Source: an uncultured delta proteobacterium (GTDB lineage Bacteria > Myxococcota_A > Polyangia > Polyangiales > JAFGIB01). Taken from it: a stretch of DNA of 64,000 bases. Made by a program: the position numbers and the translations under genes. The stretch spans positions 544,001-608,000 of the forward strand of contig CAVZVA010000002.1 in NCBI GenBank assembly GCA_963778655.1. Direction: 5' to 3'. A model generated the notes under the pieces. It made no database searches. It saw only the letters and a program-made list of their open reading frames with translations, and was not told where the DNA came from. This document shows, one piece after another, positions 50,496 through 60,861 of the stretch (position 1 is its first letter; every line of letters starts with the position of its first letter).

Positions 50496-52175
50496 TTGCG
50501 CATGTACGGCGACCGCGTTCGGCAGGGAGAGTCACAAGCCGCCGCCTGGCCGCTGGGACCCGTTGCCTCCTGCGTCGTTGCCATCGCCATTGCCGTGCTG
50601 GTCTGGGCCGGATGGCGACTGTTCTGGTTCTTGACCGACGACGCCTACATCACCTTTCGATACGCCCGTAACTGGATCTCCGGTTACGGCCCGGTCTGGA
50701 ATCGCCCGCCCTTCTTGCCCGTGGAGGGATACACGAGCCCGCTCTGGCTCTTCGTGCTCACAGCCGTGTGGAGGGTCACCGGCATTGCCCCACCCCGGGT
50801 CGCAAACGTGCTCGGGCTGTGGTGCGGCTACGGAACGCTGGTGTTCCTGTTCATGCTCGCCCGCGACATGCGCCTGCCCGCAGGGCTGGCGCGCCGTCGC
50901 TGGCCGCTTCTGGCGATCGCGGCAGCCACGACGCTGGCCAACCGAACCTTCTACACCTGGTTGAGCTCCGGCCTGGAGACGTCGCTCTTCAATCTGTGTG
51001 CCACGGCCTGTATCTACTACGGTCTGCGGCCACAGGCGGCGCGGAGCCCGCTGTGGGCGCGCCGCTTCGCGCTGTGGGCCTCGCTGTGCATGCTGACGCG
51101 GCCCGACGGCGGCGTGTTCTTGGTCGCGGCCGCGGCGCAAGTCGCGCTGGCCTTGCGCCGCGAACGGCCGCGCGTCTGGCTGGGCAGCATGTGGCCGTTC
51201 GCGCTGGTGGCCGCGCACCTGGTGTCGCGGCGGCTCTACTACGGAGATTGGCTACCGAACACCTACTACGCCAAGACCGTCGCCACCTGGCCCCAAGCCG
51301 GGCTGCGCTATGCCGGCTGCTTCTTGATCGAGAACGGACTCTGGGTCTGGCTGCTGTTCGCCGTGCCGTGGGTCACCTGGCGCGCGTGGCGCGCGGCGCG
51401 CGCCGGCCAGCTGTTTCGCCCACCGCCCTCGAGCCTGACCTGGTGCGCGCTGCTCGCGCACGTCGCATTCTTCACGCTGATCATCGGAGGCGACCATTTC
51501 GAGTACCGGGTCTACAGCGCGTGGCTTCCCCTGGCCTACCTGTCGAGCGTGTTCATCTTCGCCCAGCTCAGCGACCGCGTGTACCTCGTGGCTGCGGGCT
51601 CGGCCACCGTCGGCCTGCTGTCGCTGCCGATCCCGTGGCTGCACTGGCAAGACACCCACCAGCTGAGCACGCGCACGACCACCTTCGCGCTGCGCGCTCC
51701 CCTGGCCGATGACTTCGCGCCCCCGTTCGACCGCCTGGTCTCGGTCTGGGATCAGTGGCAAGCGTGGCTGATCGTGCGCTCGGTCGGAGTGCGCCATCAG
51801 GAGCACAAGGTCTACTCGAGCTTCGTCGAGTCTTTCCTGCCGCCACCCGCACGACGTCCCCCCCTGCGCTGGAAGGACCGGCCGATCGTGGCCGAGCCGT
51901 GCGTCGGCGTGGTCGGCTGGGAGCTGCCCGAGGTCGCCGTGATCGATTTGCTCGGCCTCAACGACTACGTCATTGCCCGCACGCCCGTCGCGCGGCGCGG
52001 GCGGCGCCACATGGCGCACGAGCGCTCAGCACCGCCGGGCTACGTCGACTGCTTCGACGTGAACGTGACGCTGGAGCCTCAGAAGCTCACGTACCGGCCG
52101 CGTCCTCTCAGCGACGATCGCATTCGCGGATGCGAGCGCCGCTTTCGCTCGCGGCTTCCAGCCTCGACGCTGTAA
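50496..52175 (+). CDS. Polytopic membrane protein, GT-C (PMT-like) glycosyltransferase-type
   Basis: TDDAYITFRYARN..GPVWN..VEGYTSPLW, SGLETSL, TRPDG, YYGDWLPNTYYAK, IDLLGLND. Start uncertain. Confidence 0.75.
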   Translation: MRMYGDRVRQGESQAAAWPLGPVASCVVAIAIAVLVWAGWRLFWFLTDDAYITFRYARNWISGYGPVWNRPPFLPVEGYTSPLWLFVLTAVWRVTGIAPPRVANVLGLWCGYGTLVFLFMLARDMRLPAGLARRRWPLLAIAAATTLANRTFYTWLSSGLETSLFNLCATACIYYGLRPQAARSPLWARRFALWASLCMLTRPDGGVFLVAAAAQVALALRRERPRVWLGSMWPFALVAAHLVSRRLYYGDWLPNTYYAKTVATWPQAGLRYAGCFLIENGLWVWLLFAVPWVTWRAWRAARAGQLFRPPPSSLTWCALLAHVAFFTLIIGGDHFEYRVYSAWLPLAYLSSVFIFAQLSDRVYLVAAGSATVGLLSLPIPWLHWQDTHQLSTRTTTFALRAPLADDFAPPFDRLVSVWDQWQAWLIVRSVGVRHQEHKVYSSFVESFLPPPARRPPLRWKDRPIVAEPCVGVVGWELPEVAVIDLLGLNDYVIARTPVARRGRRHMAHERSAPPGYVDCFDVNVTLEPQKLTYRPRPLSDDRIRGCERRFRSRLPASTL

Positions 52176-52366
52176 GCGCCGAGGCCTGGGGCTCTCCGAC
52201 CCCCGCGGCGGGCTGTGCCAAGCTGCGCCACGGTGACTGACAGGTCACACCCCGGGCGGCGGCGCCATGGCGATTCGCGCGTTTTCGTCGTGAACCGGTG
52301 CGAGGCACGGGAATTGCAGCCGCGAACGGACGACTCAATCCCGAAGCGACAAAAGAGGGGGCCAGC

Positions 52367-54484
52367 ATGTCGAAGCGCTCGGTATGGATGTCAGTCGCCG
52401 TATGGCTGGTATTGGCCGGATGTGGAAAGGGGACGCCGGCGCCTCAGCCCACTGGAATCCTGCCGGGTCCGCCGCCTGATGGCGTCGGTTTCACCGGCGC
52501 CAATATTGGCGCGCCCGCGCCCGGCTTTCCCAACCAGCTCGGTCCGATCGTGCACTCGGAGGTGCCGCCGGCGCCGATCAACGGCGGCACGCTGCTCGTG
52601 GCCAAGGACGGCACCACCGTGGTGGCCGCCGATCCCGATCGCGATCGGATCTCGATCGTGGATCTCGGCAGCCAGCAGGTGATGGCCACGGTGCCGCTAC
52701 AGAGCGGCGACGAGCCCGGGCGCATGGTCGAAGACGCAGCACGGCGCGTGCACGTGGTGCTGCGCAGCAAGGGAGAGCTGGCCACGATCCAGCTGGACGA
52801 TCCCGGCCAGGTCGAGCGCCGGGCGGTGTGCCCGGTGCCGCAAGGCATCGCCTATGACCCGAAGGCGGACTCCCTCTACGTGGCCTGCACCAGCGGCGAG
52901 CTGGTGACCTTGCCAGCCGCGGGCGGTCCGCCCTCGCGCAGCGTGCACGTGGACATCGATCTGCGCGACGTGCTGGTCTCCGGCGACCGCCTGTTCGTGA
53001 CCCGCTTCAAGAGCGCCGAGCTGCTGGAGCTCGACGCCACCGGCGCGGTCATCTCTCGCCGGCGGCCGGGCGAGGTGACCGGACCGTTCCTGTCGAACCT
53101 GGCCGCGCCAGTCTCGCCCGAGGCCAAGGTCTTCCAGCCCGCAGTGGCCTGGCGCACCGTGCTGGGTCCCGACGGCAGCGTCACCATGCTGCACCAGCGC
53201 GACCAAGTCACCCCGATTGCGCTGAGCGTGGCGAGCCCGGACGGCGGCGTGCCCGAAGCGCCCGACGGAGGCACCAGCGCGGGCGGCGCTGCCGGCGTCG
53301 GTGCCGGCGGAGCCGCGGGCACAGGCGCGTCGTCGCCGGCGAGCTGCACCCCCGACGGCGGGTGTGTCGTTGCGGTCGTCCCGCCGCCGATGCCCGGCGC
53401 TGGCGGCGACAGCGCCTACGGCTCGTCCGACCCGTTTTCGTGCGACTCGATCGTGCATACCAGCGTGACGCGGATGGCCGACGACAGCGTGGAGGACGGG
53501 CCGGTGCTGCCCGGCGTGACCCTGGCCGTGGACGCCGCGATCTCGCCCGACGGAGCCACGCTCGCGCTGGCCGTGGCCGGGAGCTTCAACTCACTGGGGC
53601 TGAAGCTCCCGCCGCCGGGAGCCGTGGTGCTGCCGATGCAGGCGACCTTCGCCGTGGGGAGCAGCACGACGTGCCCGGTGCCGGGCCTGGAGATGCCGGG
53701 CAGCGGAGTGGTGGCCGCCGGGCAGGTAGTCGCGGTCGCCTTCGACGGCATGGGCCGGCTGGTGATGCAGACCCGGGACCCGAACCAGATCCTGGTGATC
53801 GCGCACCCGCAGTCCTCGGTCGGCGGCAGCACCTGGGATATGACCGTCGACCTCGGCGGCGCGCCCCGGCGCGACACCGGCCACGACCTGTTTCACACCA
53901 ACGCCGGCGCGGGGTTGGCGTGCGCGTCGTGCCACCCTGGTGGCGGAGACGACGGCCGGGCCTGGGACTTCGCCGAGCTCGGGCCGCGCAGGACGCAGCT
54001 CTTCAACATGGGCATCCGCGACACCCTGCCGTTGCACTGGGACGGCGAGCTGGCCACGTTCGACTCGCTGATCCAGGAGGTGTTCGAGCGCCGCATGGGC
54101 GGGCCCCAGCTGCCTCCGGCGCAGATCCAGGCGATGTCGGACTGGATCGACTCGCTGCACCCGAACGCGCCGATGCTGGCCGTCGACGACCCGTCGGTTG
54201 CGCGCGGGCGCGCGCTGTTCGAATCCAGCGAAGTCGGCTGCAGCGGCTGCCACAATGGCGCCAAGCTCACCGACAACGCCAGCGTGGACGTGGGCACGGG
54301 AGGGAAGTTCCAGGTGCCCTCGCTGATCGGGGTGGCCTACCATCAGCCCTACCTGCACACCGGCTGCGCGCAGACCCTGCGCCAGCGCTTCGACCCCGCC
54401 TGCGGCGGCAGCGCGCACGGCAACACCGCCGGGCTGAGCGAAGATCAAATCGGCGACCTGGTGGCCTACCTGCAATCGCTGTAA
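52367..54484 (+). CDS. Lipoprotein: beta-propeller plus di-heme c-type cytochrome (CCP-like)
   Basis: Lipobox LAGC; CASCH and CSGCH; LHWDGE; FQVPSLIGV..PYLHTG. Confidence 0.82.
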   Translation: MSKRSVWMSVAVWLVLAGCGKGTPAPQPTGILPGPPPDGVGFTGANIGAPAPGFPNQLGPIVHSEVPPAPINGGTLLVAKDGTTVVAADPDRDRISIVDLGSQQVMATVPLQSGDEPGRMVEDAARRVHVVLRSKGELATIQLDDPGQVERRAVCPVPQGIAYDPKADSLYVACTSGELVTLPAAGGPPSRSVHVDIDLRDVLVSGDRLFVTRFKSAELLELDATGAVISRRRPGEVTGPFLSNLAAPVSPEAKVFQPAVAWRTVLGPDGSVTMLHQRDQVTPIALSVASPDGGVPEAPDGGTSAGGAAGVGAGGAAGTGASSPASCTPDGGCVVAVVPPPMPGAGGDSAYGSSDPFSCDSIVHTSVTRMADDSVEDGPVLPGVTLAVDAAISPDGATLALAVAGSFNSLGLKLPPPGAVVLPMQATFAVGSSTTCPVPGLEMPGSGVVAAGQVVAVAFDGMGRLVMQTRDPNQILVIAHPQSSVGGSTWDMTVDLGGAPRRDTGHDLFHTNAGAGLACASCHPGGGDDGRAWDFAELGPRRTQLFNMGIRDTLPLHWDGELATFDSLIQEVFERRMGGPQLPPAQIQAMSDWIDSLHPNAPMLAVDDPSVARGRALFESSEVGCSGCHNGAKLTDNASVDVGTGGKFQVPSLIGVAYHQPYLHTGCAQTLRQRFDPACGGSAHGNTAGLSEDQIGDLVAYLQSL

Positions 54485-54500
54485 CGAACCGCGAGCTGGC

Positions 54501-54568
54501 CCCAGGAAACGGGAAGGCGGGAAGATCGAACGCTGGCTCGGAGCTTCTTCCCCCCTCTCGTCTTGCTG
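54501..54568. repeat. Degenerate second copy of REP-like family 2
   Basis: CCCAGGAAACGGGAAGGCGGGAAG..CTTCCCCCCTCTCGTCTTGCTG resembles 42061-42130; starts 17 nt after a stop codon. Confidence 0.6.
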
Positions 54569-54658
54569 TAATTCCTGACGACGGCCTGCGGGCGCGCTGG
54601 CGGCTCAGGCCCCCGCCTTGACCGTCCGGCGGGCCCGGCTCACGGTTGGCCGCCGGCC

Positions 54659-56053
54659 ATGCCGCGACGCCCGCCCACCATCCATTTCGTCTCGCTCGGC
54701 TGCCCCAAGAATCGGGTAGACACCGAGGTCATGCTCGGCGTCAGCGACCAGCGCGGCTACCGCCTGGTCGACGACCCGCGCAAGGCGGAGGTCATCGTGG
54801 TCAACACCTGCGGCTTCGTCGAGGCGGCCAAGCAGGAGTCGATCGAGACCATCCTGGCGCTGTCGGACATGAAGCAGCAGGGCGTGTGCAAGCGCCTGGT
54901 GGTGTCGGGCTGTCTGTCGCAGCGCTATCCAGAAGAGCTGGCGCGCGACCTCACCGAGGTGGACCACTTCCTGGGCTCCAGCGACATGCTGGCGCTCGGG
55001 CGCATCCTGCGCGAAGGCACGGCCGCCCCCCGCATGTTGGTCGGCAACCCGGCCGACTACGTGTTCAGGCTGGGCGACCCACGGCGGCTGTCGCAGCGCC
55101 GCCACAGCGCCTACGTCAAGATCTCCGAGGGCTGCTCGCGCAAGTGCGGCTTCTGCGCGATCCCGAGCTTCCGCGGCAAGCAGCGCTCGCGCCCGATCGC
55201 GGACGTGGTCGGCGAGGTCGAGCGCCTCACCGCCCAGGGGACGGTCGAGATCAACCTGATCAGCCAGGATACGGTGGCCTACGGCCGCGACCTGGATGGC
55301 GATGCCGACCTGGGGCGCCTGGTCGAAGCCCTGCTCGAGCTGAGCTCGCTGCACTGGCTGCGGCTGTTCTACCTGTACCCGGACGCGCTCTCCGAGCGGC
55401 TGCTCGCGCTGTTCGCCGGCGGGGGCAAGCTGGTGCCCTACGTCGACATGCCGTTCCAACACGCGACCGACCGCATGCTCAAGCACATGCGGCGCGGCTA
55501 CGGCGCGGCGCGCCAGCGCGCGCTGGTCGAGCGCCTGCGCGCGCGCATCCCCGGCCTGTGCATGCGCACGGCGTTCATCGTCGGGCACCCGGGCGAGACC
55601 GAGCAGGACTTCGAGGCGTTGTGCGATTTCGTGCGCTGGGGACGCTTCGACCACGTCGGCGTGTTCCGCTATTCCCACGAGGACGGCACCCACAGCGGCA
55701 GCCTCGGCCAGCAGGTGGACGCGCGCACCGTCGAGCGCCGCGCCGCGCGGCTGATGGAGCTGCAGCGGGCGATCAGCCGCGACAAGCTCGCCGAGCGAGT
55801 CGGCAGCGAGCTCCAGGTGCTGGTCGAGGGCGTGAGCGAGGAGAGCGAGCTGCTGCTGCAGGGACGCCACGCCGGCCAGGCACCCGAGGTCGACGGCGTG
55901 GTGCTGCTGACCGACGGCACGGCGCGACCCGGCGAGCTGCGACGCGCCCGTGTCACCCAGGCAGCCGACTACGATCTGGTGGCCACGCTGCTGCCGGAGG
56001 CCGGCGCCCTGCCCCGAGGCCGGAGGCGCGCCCGGCTGCCCGTGGTCGGCTGA
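54659..56053 (+). CDS. rimO: Ribosomal protein S12 methylthiotransferase RimO
   Basis: SLGCPKNRVDTE, VNTCGF, radical SAM CSRKCGFC, YLYP, APEVDG TRAM domain. Confidence 0.95.
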   Translation: MPRRPPTIHFVSLGCPKNRVDTEVMLGVSDQRGYRLVDDPRKAEVIVVNTCGFVEAAKQESIETILALSDMKQQGVCKRLVVSGCLSQRYPEELARDLTEVDHFLGSSDMLALGRILREGTAAPRMLVGNPADYVFRLGDPRRLSQRRHSAYVKISEGCSRKCGFCAIPSFRGKQRSRPIADVVGEVERLTAQGTVEINLISQDTVAYGRDLDGDADLGRLVEALLELSSLHWLRLFYLYPDALSERLLALFAGGGKLVPYVDMPFQHATDRMLKHMRRGYGAARQRALVERLRARIPGLCMRTAFIVGHPGETEQDFEALCDFVRWGRFDHVGVFRYSHEDGTHSGSLGQQVDARTVERRAARLMELQRAISRDKLAERVGSELQVLVEGVSEESELLLQGRHAGQAPEVDGVVLLTDGTARPGELRRARVTQAADYDLVATLLPEAGALPRGRRRARLPVVG

Positions 56054-56069
56054 TTGCTAGCCCACCGAG

Positions 56070-57305
56070 TCAGGCAACCACAGCTTCCGCGCCGAGCTCC
56101 TCGCCCGATTGCACGCGGTAGGTCTTGCCGAAGCGATCGAGCAGCTCGAGCGCCTTGTCCATGTCCTGTCGGCTGTGCCCGCGGGTGACGTTGAGGCGCA
56201 GGCGCTCCTCGCCCGGCTTGACGCTGGGGTAGGTCAGCGGGGCCATCATCACGCCGTTCTCCAGCAGCGACACATGCATGAACAGCGCCTTCCGAATGTC
56301 GCGACACATCACCGGCATGATGTGGGTGTCGCTCTTGCCGAGGTCGAAGCCGAGCTCGGTCAAGCTCTTGCGCATGTAGGCAGCCTTCTCGTGCAGCTCC
56401 TCGACCAGCGCCGGCCCGTCTTCCTCGAGAATATCGAGGATGGCCGCGGCCGTGGCCACCACCGGAACCGGCAGCGAGGCGCTGAAGCAGAACGAGCGCG
56501 CGTTGTGCTTCACGAAGTCCACCACGTCGGCGCTCCCGAGCAGGATCCCGCCGATGCCGCCGAAGGTCTTCGAGAAGGTGCTGATCACGATCGGCACCCG
56601 CCCCTGCATGCCGCTGGCCTCGACCAGACCGGTGCCGCGCGCTCCCAGCGTACCGGTGCCGTGCGCGTCGTCGCACAGCAGGACCGCGCCGTAGCGCTCG
56701 CACACCTCCACGAACTCCGGCAGCGGAGCGCGGTCGCCGTCCAGCGAGTAGATGCCCTCCATCAAGACCAGCGCGTTGGGGCGCTCCTTGGTCTTGAGGC
56801 AGCGCTCCAGCGAGCGCACCGAGTTGTGGTTGAAGTAGCGCACCTCGGGGGCCTGGCCCGGCACGCCCGCGGCCAGGAAGGTCCCGTCGAGGATGCAGGC
56901 GTGCGAGAGATTGTCCAGGATGAGCGCGGTGTCGCGGTCGGCCAGCGCCTGAATCGTCCCCACCATCGCCTGGTACCCGGTGGTGAAAAGCAAGCACTGA
57001 GGAAAGCCGTACCAGCGCGCCAGCCGTTGCTCGAGCTCGACGTGGGCCACCGTCGTGGCCTGGGCGCGCGACGAGCTCAGCCCGCAAGCGTAGCGATCGA
57101 CCGCGTGCTTGGCCGCCTCGATCGCCTTGGGATGGTTGGTCAGCCCCAGGTAGTCGTTGGAGCTGAAGTTGACGATCGGCTTGCCGGCGATGCGCGTGTG
57201 CAGGCCGCCGCTCTCGAACGGCCTGTAATATGGATAGAGGTTGAGCTTCTGAACCTCCCGCACCAGCGAGAGCCCCGCCTCGGCCTTGTCGTCGATCCAG
57301 CTCAT
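56070..57305 (-). CDS. PLP-dependent alpha-oxoamine synthase (BioF/Kbl/serine palmitoyltransferase family)
   Basis: SNDYLGL, SHACI.DG, SLDGD, DDAHG, TFSK (PLP lysine), FSASL. Confidence 0.88.
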   Translation of the reverse strand: MSWIDDKAEAGLSLVREVQKLNLYPYYRPFESGGLHTRIAGKPIVNFSSNDYLGLTNHPKAIEAAKHAVDRYACGLSSSRAQATTVAHVELEQRLARWYGFPQCLLFTTGYQAMVGTIQALADRDTALILDNLSHACILDGTFLAAGVPGQAPEVRYFNHNSVRSLERCLKTKERPNALVLMEGIYSLDGDRAPLPEFVEVCERYGAVLLCDDAHGTGTLGARGTGLVEASGMQGRVPIVISTFSKTFGGIGGILLGSADVVDFVKHNARSFCFSASLPVPVVATAAAILDILEEDGPALVEELHEKAAYMRKSLTELGFDLGKSDTHIMPVMCRDIRKALFMHVSLLENGVMMAPLTYPSVKPGEERLRLNVTRGHSRQDMDKALELLDRFGKTYRVQSGEELGAEAVVA

Positions 57306-57421
57306 CGCAGCTCCTGTTGCGAACGTTCGCTCGGCCGCCGATATAGCCAACCGGCTCCCGCCGCGCAAGTTGCCGGGGCCTCTAGCTGCTGGCCGAACGG
57401 CCTAATTTCATTGATCAATTC

Positions 57422-58330
57422 CTAGCCGGAGGGGATCGCCGGGTCGGCCAGAAACCCGCGCACTACCTGCAAGAAGCGCTCGAGTTGATCGTGGTGGACC
57501 CAGTGGCCCGCCTTCTCGATGCGCTCGACGCGGGCGTTGCGGAAATGCTGCATGCGGCCGTCGGTACGCGGATCGCCTGCCCAGCCGTCCGCGCCCAGCA
57601 CCAGCAACGTGGGGCAGGTGATCTTGGTCCAGAGCTCATACATTTCGTCGGCATTGAAAAAATAGGGCGAGCTCGCGCGCACGTAGTTGTCGAACTTCCA
57701 GCTGTAGGTGCCGTCCTCGTTTTGATTGGCGCCGTGGATGGTCAGATGCCGCGCCTGCTCGGGCGTCAGCCGCGGGTTGGCTTCGTGCATGCGCTGCACG
57801 GCCTCGTCGATCGACGCGTAGCCGCGCGGCTGGCGCGCCGCGAGCCCCCGCAGCTGCTCGACCCACTGGCGCATGCGCACCTGCGGCGAGGTCGCGGCCC
57901 GCCGCTTGAGCATCGCAGGCGGCGGACCCACCCCCTCGACCGAGATCAACTTGCCGACGCTCTCTGGATAGACACCCGCGTACTGCAAGCTGACGTGCCC
58001 ACCCATCGAGTGCCCCATCACGGTCAGAGGGGCGAGGCCGCGCTGATGGATGAGCTGCGCAATGTCGAAAACGTAGTCCACCATCCCGTAGTTGCCGCCG
58101 ACCATCCACTGGGAGTCGCCGTGCCCTCGCAGGTCGGGTGCGATGATGTGGTAGTCGTCGCGAAGCGCCTCGGCCACCCAGTCCCAGTTGCGGCAGTGGT
58201 CGCGGCCGCCGTGGATCAGCAGCAGCGGCGGCGCCTGCTCGTTGCCCCAGTCGACGTAGTGCAGCCGCAGGCGCTGCGAGAAGTAGCTGTGGGACGCGGG
58301 GCCGGACCGCGCCGGATGGGTGGCGTGCAC
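57422..58330 (-). CDS. Alpha/beta fold hydrolase
   Basis: IHGG, DLRGHGDS, GHSMGG, AGHWVHHD. Confidence 0.9.
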   Translation of the reverse strand: MHATHPARSGPASHSYFSQRLRLHYVDWGNEQAPPLLLIHGGRDHCRNWDWVAEALRDDYHIIAPDLRGHGDSQWMVGGNYGMVDYVFDIAQLIHQRGLAPLTVMGHSMGGHVSLQYAGVYPESVGKLISVEGVGPPPAMLKRRAATSPQVRMRQWVEQLRGLAARQPRGYASIDEAVQRMHEANPRLTPEQARHLTIHGANQNEDGTYSWKFDNYVRASSPYFFNADEMYELWTKITCPTLLVLGADGWAGDPRTDGRMQHFRNARVERIEKAGHWVHHDQLERFLQVVRGFLADPAIPSG

Positions 58331-58337
58331 GGTGGGC

Positions 58338-59651
58338 TCAGTACCGGTAGTAGTCCGGCTTGTAGGGTCCCTCGATCGGCACCCCCAAGTAGTTAGCCTG
58401 CTCCTGCGTCAAGCGGTCGAGCTTGACCCCGAGCTTGCCCAGGTGCAGGCGCGCGACCTTTTCGTCGAGCTGCTTGGGCAACATGTAGACCTTGCCCTTC
58501 TCGTACTTGCCGGCCTCGGTGAAGAGCGCGATCTGCGCCAGCACCTGGTTCGTGAACGAGGCGCTCATCACGAAGCTGGGATGTCCGGTGGCGCAGCCGA
58601 GGTTCACCAGCCGGCCGCGGGCCAGGACGATCAGGCGCTTGCCGTCCGGAAAAATGAAGTGGTCGACCTGGTCCTTGATCTTCTCCTCCCGGATTTCCGG
58701 ATTCGACTCCAGCCAGGCCATGTCGATCTCGCAGTCGAAGTGCCCGATGTTGCAGACGATTGCCTCGTTCTTCATGGCCAGCATGTGCGAGGGCCGGATG
58801 ATGCCGTGGCAGCCGGTCGCGGTCACGAAGATGTCTCCGAGCGGCGCGGCCTCGTCCATGGTCAGGACCTGGTAGCCCTCCATCGCCGCCTGCAGCGCGC
58901 AGATCGGGTCGATTTCGGTGACGATCACGCGCGCGCCGAGCCCACGCAGCGACTGCGCGCAGCCCTTGCCGACGTCCCCATAGCCGGCCACGACCGCGAT
59001 CTTGCCCGCGAACATCACGTCCGTAGCGCGTTTGATTCCGTCTCCCAAGGACTCGCGGCAGCCGTAGAGATTGTCGAACTTGCTCTTGGTGACAGAGTCA
59101 TTGACGTTCATGGCCGGACACAACAGCCGTCCTTCCTTCGCCATCTTCTGCAGCGCCTTGATCCCGGTCGTGGTCTCCTCCGAGAGCCCGCGGATCGGAT
59201 CGCTCCCCTGGAAGAACTGGGGATACTTCTGGTGCACGACTGCGGTCAGGTCGCCACCGTCGTCCAGCAGCATGTTGGGCGGCTTGCCGCCGGCGAACTG
59301 CTCCAGCTGGCGATCGATGCACCAGGAGTATTCCTGCTCGGTCTCGCCCTTCCAGGCGAACACGGGCACACCCGACTTGGCGATGGCGGCCGCGGCGTGG
59401 TCCTGGGTCGAGAAGATGTTGCAGCTGGTCCAGGTCACCTCGGCACCCAGCTCGCGTAGGGTCTCGATCAGGACCGCGGTCTGGATGGTCATGTGCAGGC
59501 AGCCGGCGATCCGGGCGCCCGCCAGGGGCTTCTTGCCGGCGTATTCGGCGCGCAAAGCCATCAGCCCGGGCATCTCGGTCTCGGCGATCGCGATTTCCTT
59601 GCGGCCCCACTCGGCCTGGGAAAGGTCAGCCACCTTGAATCTCTCAGCCAT
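58338..59651 (-). CDS. ahcY: Adenosylhomocysteinase
   Basis: [55 protein letters not shown]. Confidence 0.97.
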   Translation of the reverse strand: MAERFKVADLSQAEWGRKEIAIAETEMPGLMALRAEYAGKKPLAGARIAGCLHMTIQTAVLIETLRELGAEVTWTSCNIFSTQDHAAAAIAKSGVPVFAWKGETEQEYSWCIDRQLEQFAGGKPPNMLLDDGGDLTAVVHQKYPQFFQGSDPIRGLSEETTTGIKALQKMAKEGRLLCPAMNVNDSVTKSKFDNLYGCRESLGDGIKRATDVMFAGKIAVVAGYGDVGKGCAQSLRGLGARVIVTEIDPICALQAAMEGYQVLTMDEAAPLGDIFVTATGCHGIIRPSHMLAMKNEAIVCNIGHFDCEIDMAWLESNPEIREEKIKDQVDHFIFPDGKRLIVLARGRLVNLGCATGHPSFVMSASFTNQVLAQIALFTEAGKYEKGKVYMLPKQLDEKVARLHLGKLGVKLDRLTQEQANYLGVPIEGPYKPDYYRY

Positions 59652-60666
59652 GCTCGTTCTCCGTTGCGTTCGGGTTGCTCGAGACCGGCGCGCCGCGCTC
59701 GCGGCGGGCCGAAACGATTTGCCAGCCCAGGTGCCGATCCGGGCCGATGCCCCGGAAGGGCGCGGGAATGGTGCGGGCCTGGATGTCGGTCAGGCCCGCA
59801 GCGCGGGCGTATCGACCCAGCTCCTCGGCATCAAAGCCCAGCCATAGGTCCGCTTGCTCGTCGCGCATCGTATCATCGTCGTGGGGGGCATAATCCAGCA
59901 CCACGACCACGCCTCCGGTGCGGGCCAGCGCCGCCAGCCGGGTCATGGCCTCGGCCGGCTTGGGCGCGTGGTGAAGGATCCGCGACGCGAATACGGCGTC
60001 CGCCAGCCCGGCAGCGCGCACGCGCTCGTGCAGCGCCGCAGAAGACAGATCGCCCGAGAGCAGCTCCACGTTGTCGTAGCCGCGCAGGGCCGCGCGGTGT
60101 GCGGCGCGCTCGAGCTGGGCCGACTCCCGGTCCACGGCGATCACTTTCTCGAACACCGGAGCGAGTACCTCGAGCAATCGGCCCTCACCCGTACCAACAT
60201 CGATGGCAAGCCCTCGGTGCTCGATCAGCGGCGCCACGGCCATCAGGTAGGCGGCCAGCTCTTCGGGCACGCCGGGCTCGTCATGGTTGCGCGCCGGCCG
60301 GCCGAAGAACTCCCGAGTCGCAGCATCTCGACGTTTGATCAGCGCTGCGATGCGATCGAGCGTGCCCTCGCGTTCGCACAGCGTTCGACCGGCGCCGAGC
60401 GCATCGGTGACCACGGCGTCGGCCCGCACGGCATCCGCCAAGCGCACCAGCACGCGGGTGCCTTGCTTGCGCTCGGACAGCAGGTCGAGCTTGCGGAGCG
60501 TGGCCAGGTGCCGCGACACGTTGGGCTGGCTCTCGCCCACCAGCTCGGCCAGCTCGCCGATCGTGAGCTCTTCCTGGGCGCTCGCCGCGAGCAGCCGGAG
60601 ACGCACCGGCTCGGACAAAACCCGGTACAATTCCCAGCGGTTATCTGCCCAAGCCGGCTCCTGCAC
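59644..60666 (-). CDS. sahR: SahR-type ArsR-family regulator fused to a SAM/SAH-binding methyltransferase domain
   Basis: ArsR HTH ([13 protein letters not shown]), [22 protein letters not shown]; overlaps the ahcY start. Confidence 0.82.
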   Translation of the reverse strand: MQEPAWADNRWELYRVLSEPVRLRLLAASAQEELTIGELAELVGESQPNVSRHLATLRKLDLLSERKQGTRVLVRLADAVRADAVVTDALGAGRTLCEREGTLDRIAALIKRRDAATREFFGRPARNHDEPGVPEELAAYLMAVAPLIEHRGLAIDVGTGEGRLLEVLAPVFEKVIAVDRESAQLERAAHRAALRGYDNVELLSGDLSSAALHERVRAAGLADAVFASRILHHAPKPAEAMTRLAALARTGGVVVVLDYAPHDDDTMRDEQADLWLGFDAEELGRYARAAGLTDIQARTIPAPFRGIGPDRHLGWQIVSARRERGAPVSSNPNATENEHG

Positions 60667-60671
60667 CGGAC

Positions 60672-60722
60672 TTATATATAAGAAGATGCGAATCTATACA
60701 AGTATCTATAATAATACATTTT
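60672..60722. promoter_or_regulatory. AT-rich promoter/operator region of the sahR-ahcY operon
   Basis: Strongly AT-rich patch (TTATATATAAG..CTATACAAGTATCTATAATAATAC) directly upstream of sahR in otherwise GC-rich DNA. Exact site not resolved. Confidence 0.45.
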
Positions 60723-60861
60723 CGAATGGGTCTTGTCACGGCTTATACGTGGGGCCGAAGCGCGCGGTTCGTCCCAACTGTAGGACTGGTACGCCCGGCT
60801 GTGCCGTGTACGCTCTGGGCCTACTTCGCCCCGCGGGGCCTGCAACCCAGGACGCAGCATC

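Noticed and set aside
59652..60860. SAH/SAM riboswitch for ahcY
   Set aside because: ahcY overlaps the upstream regulator gene with no leader, and I saw no riboswitch motif upstream of sahR.
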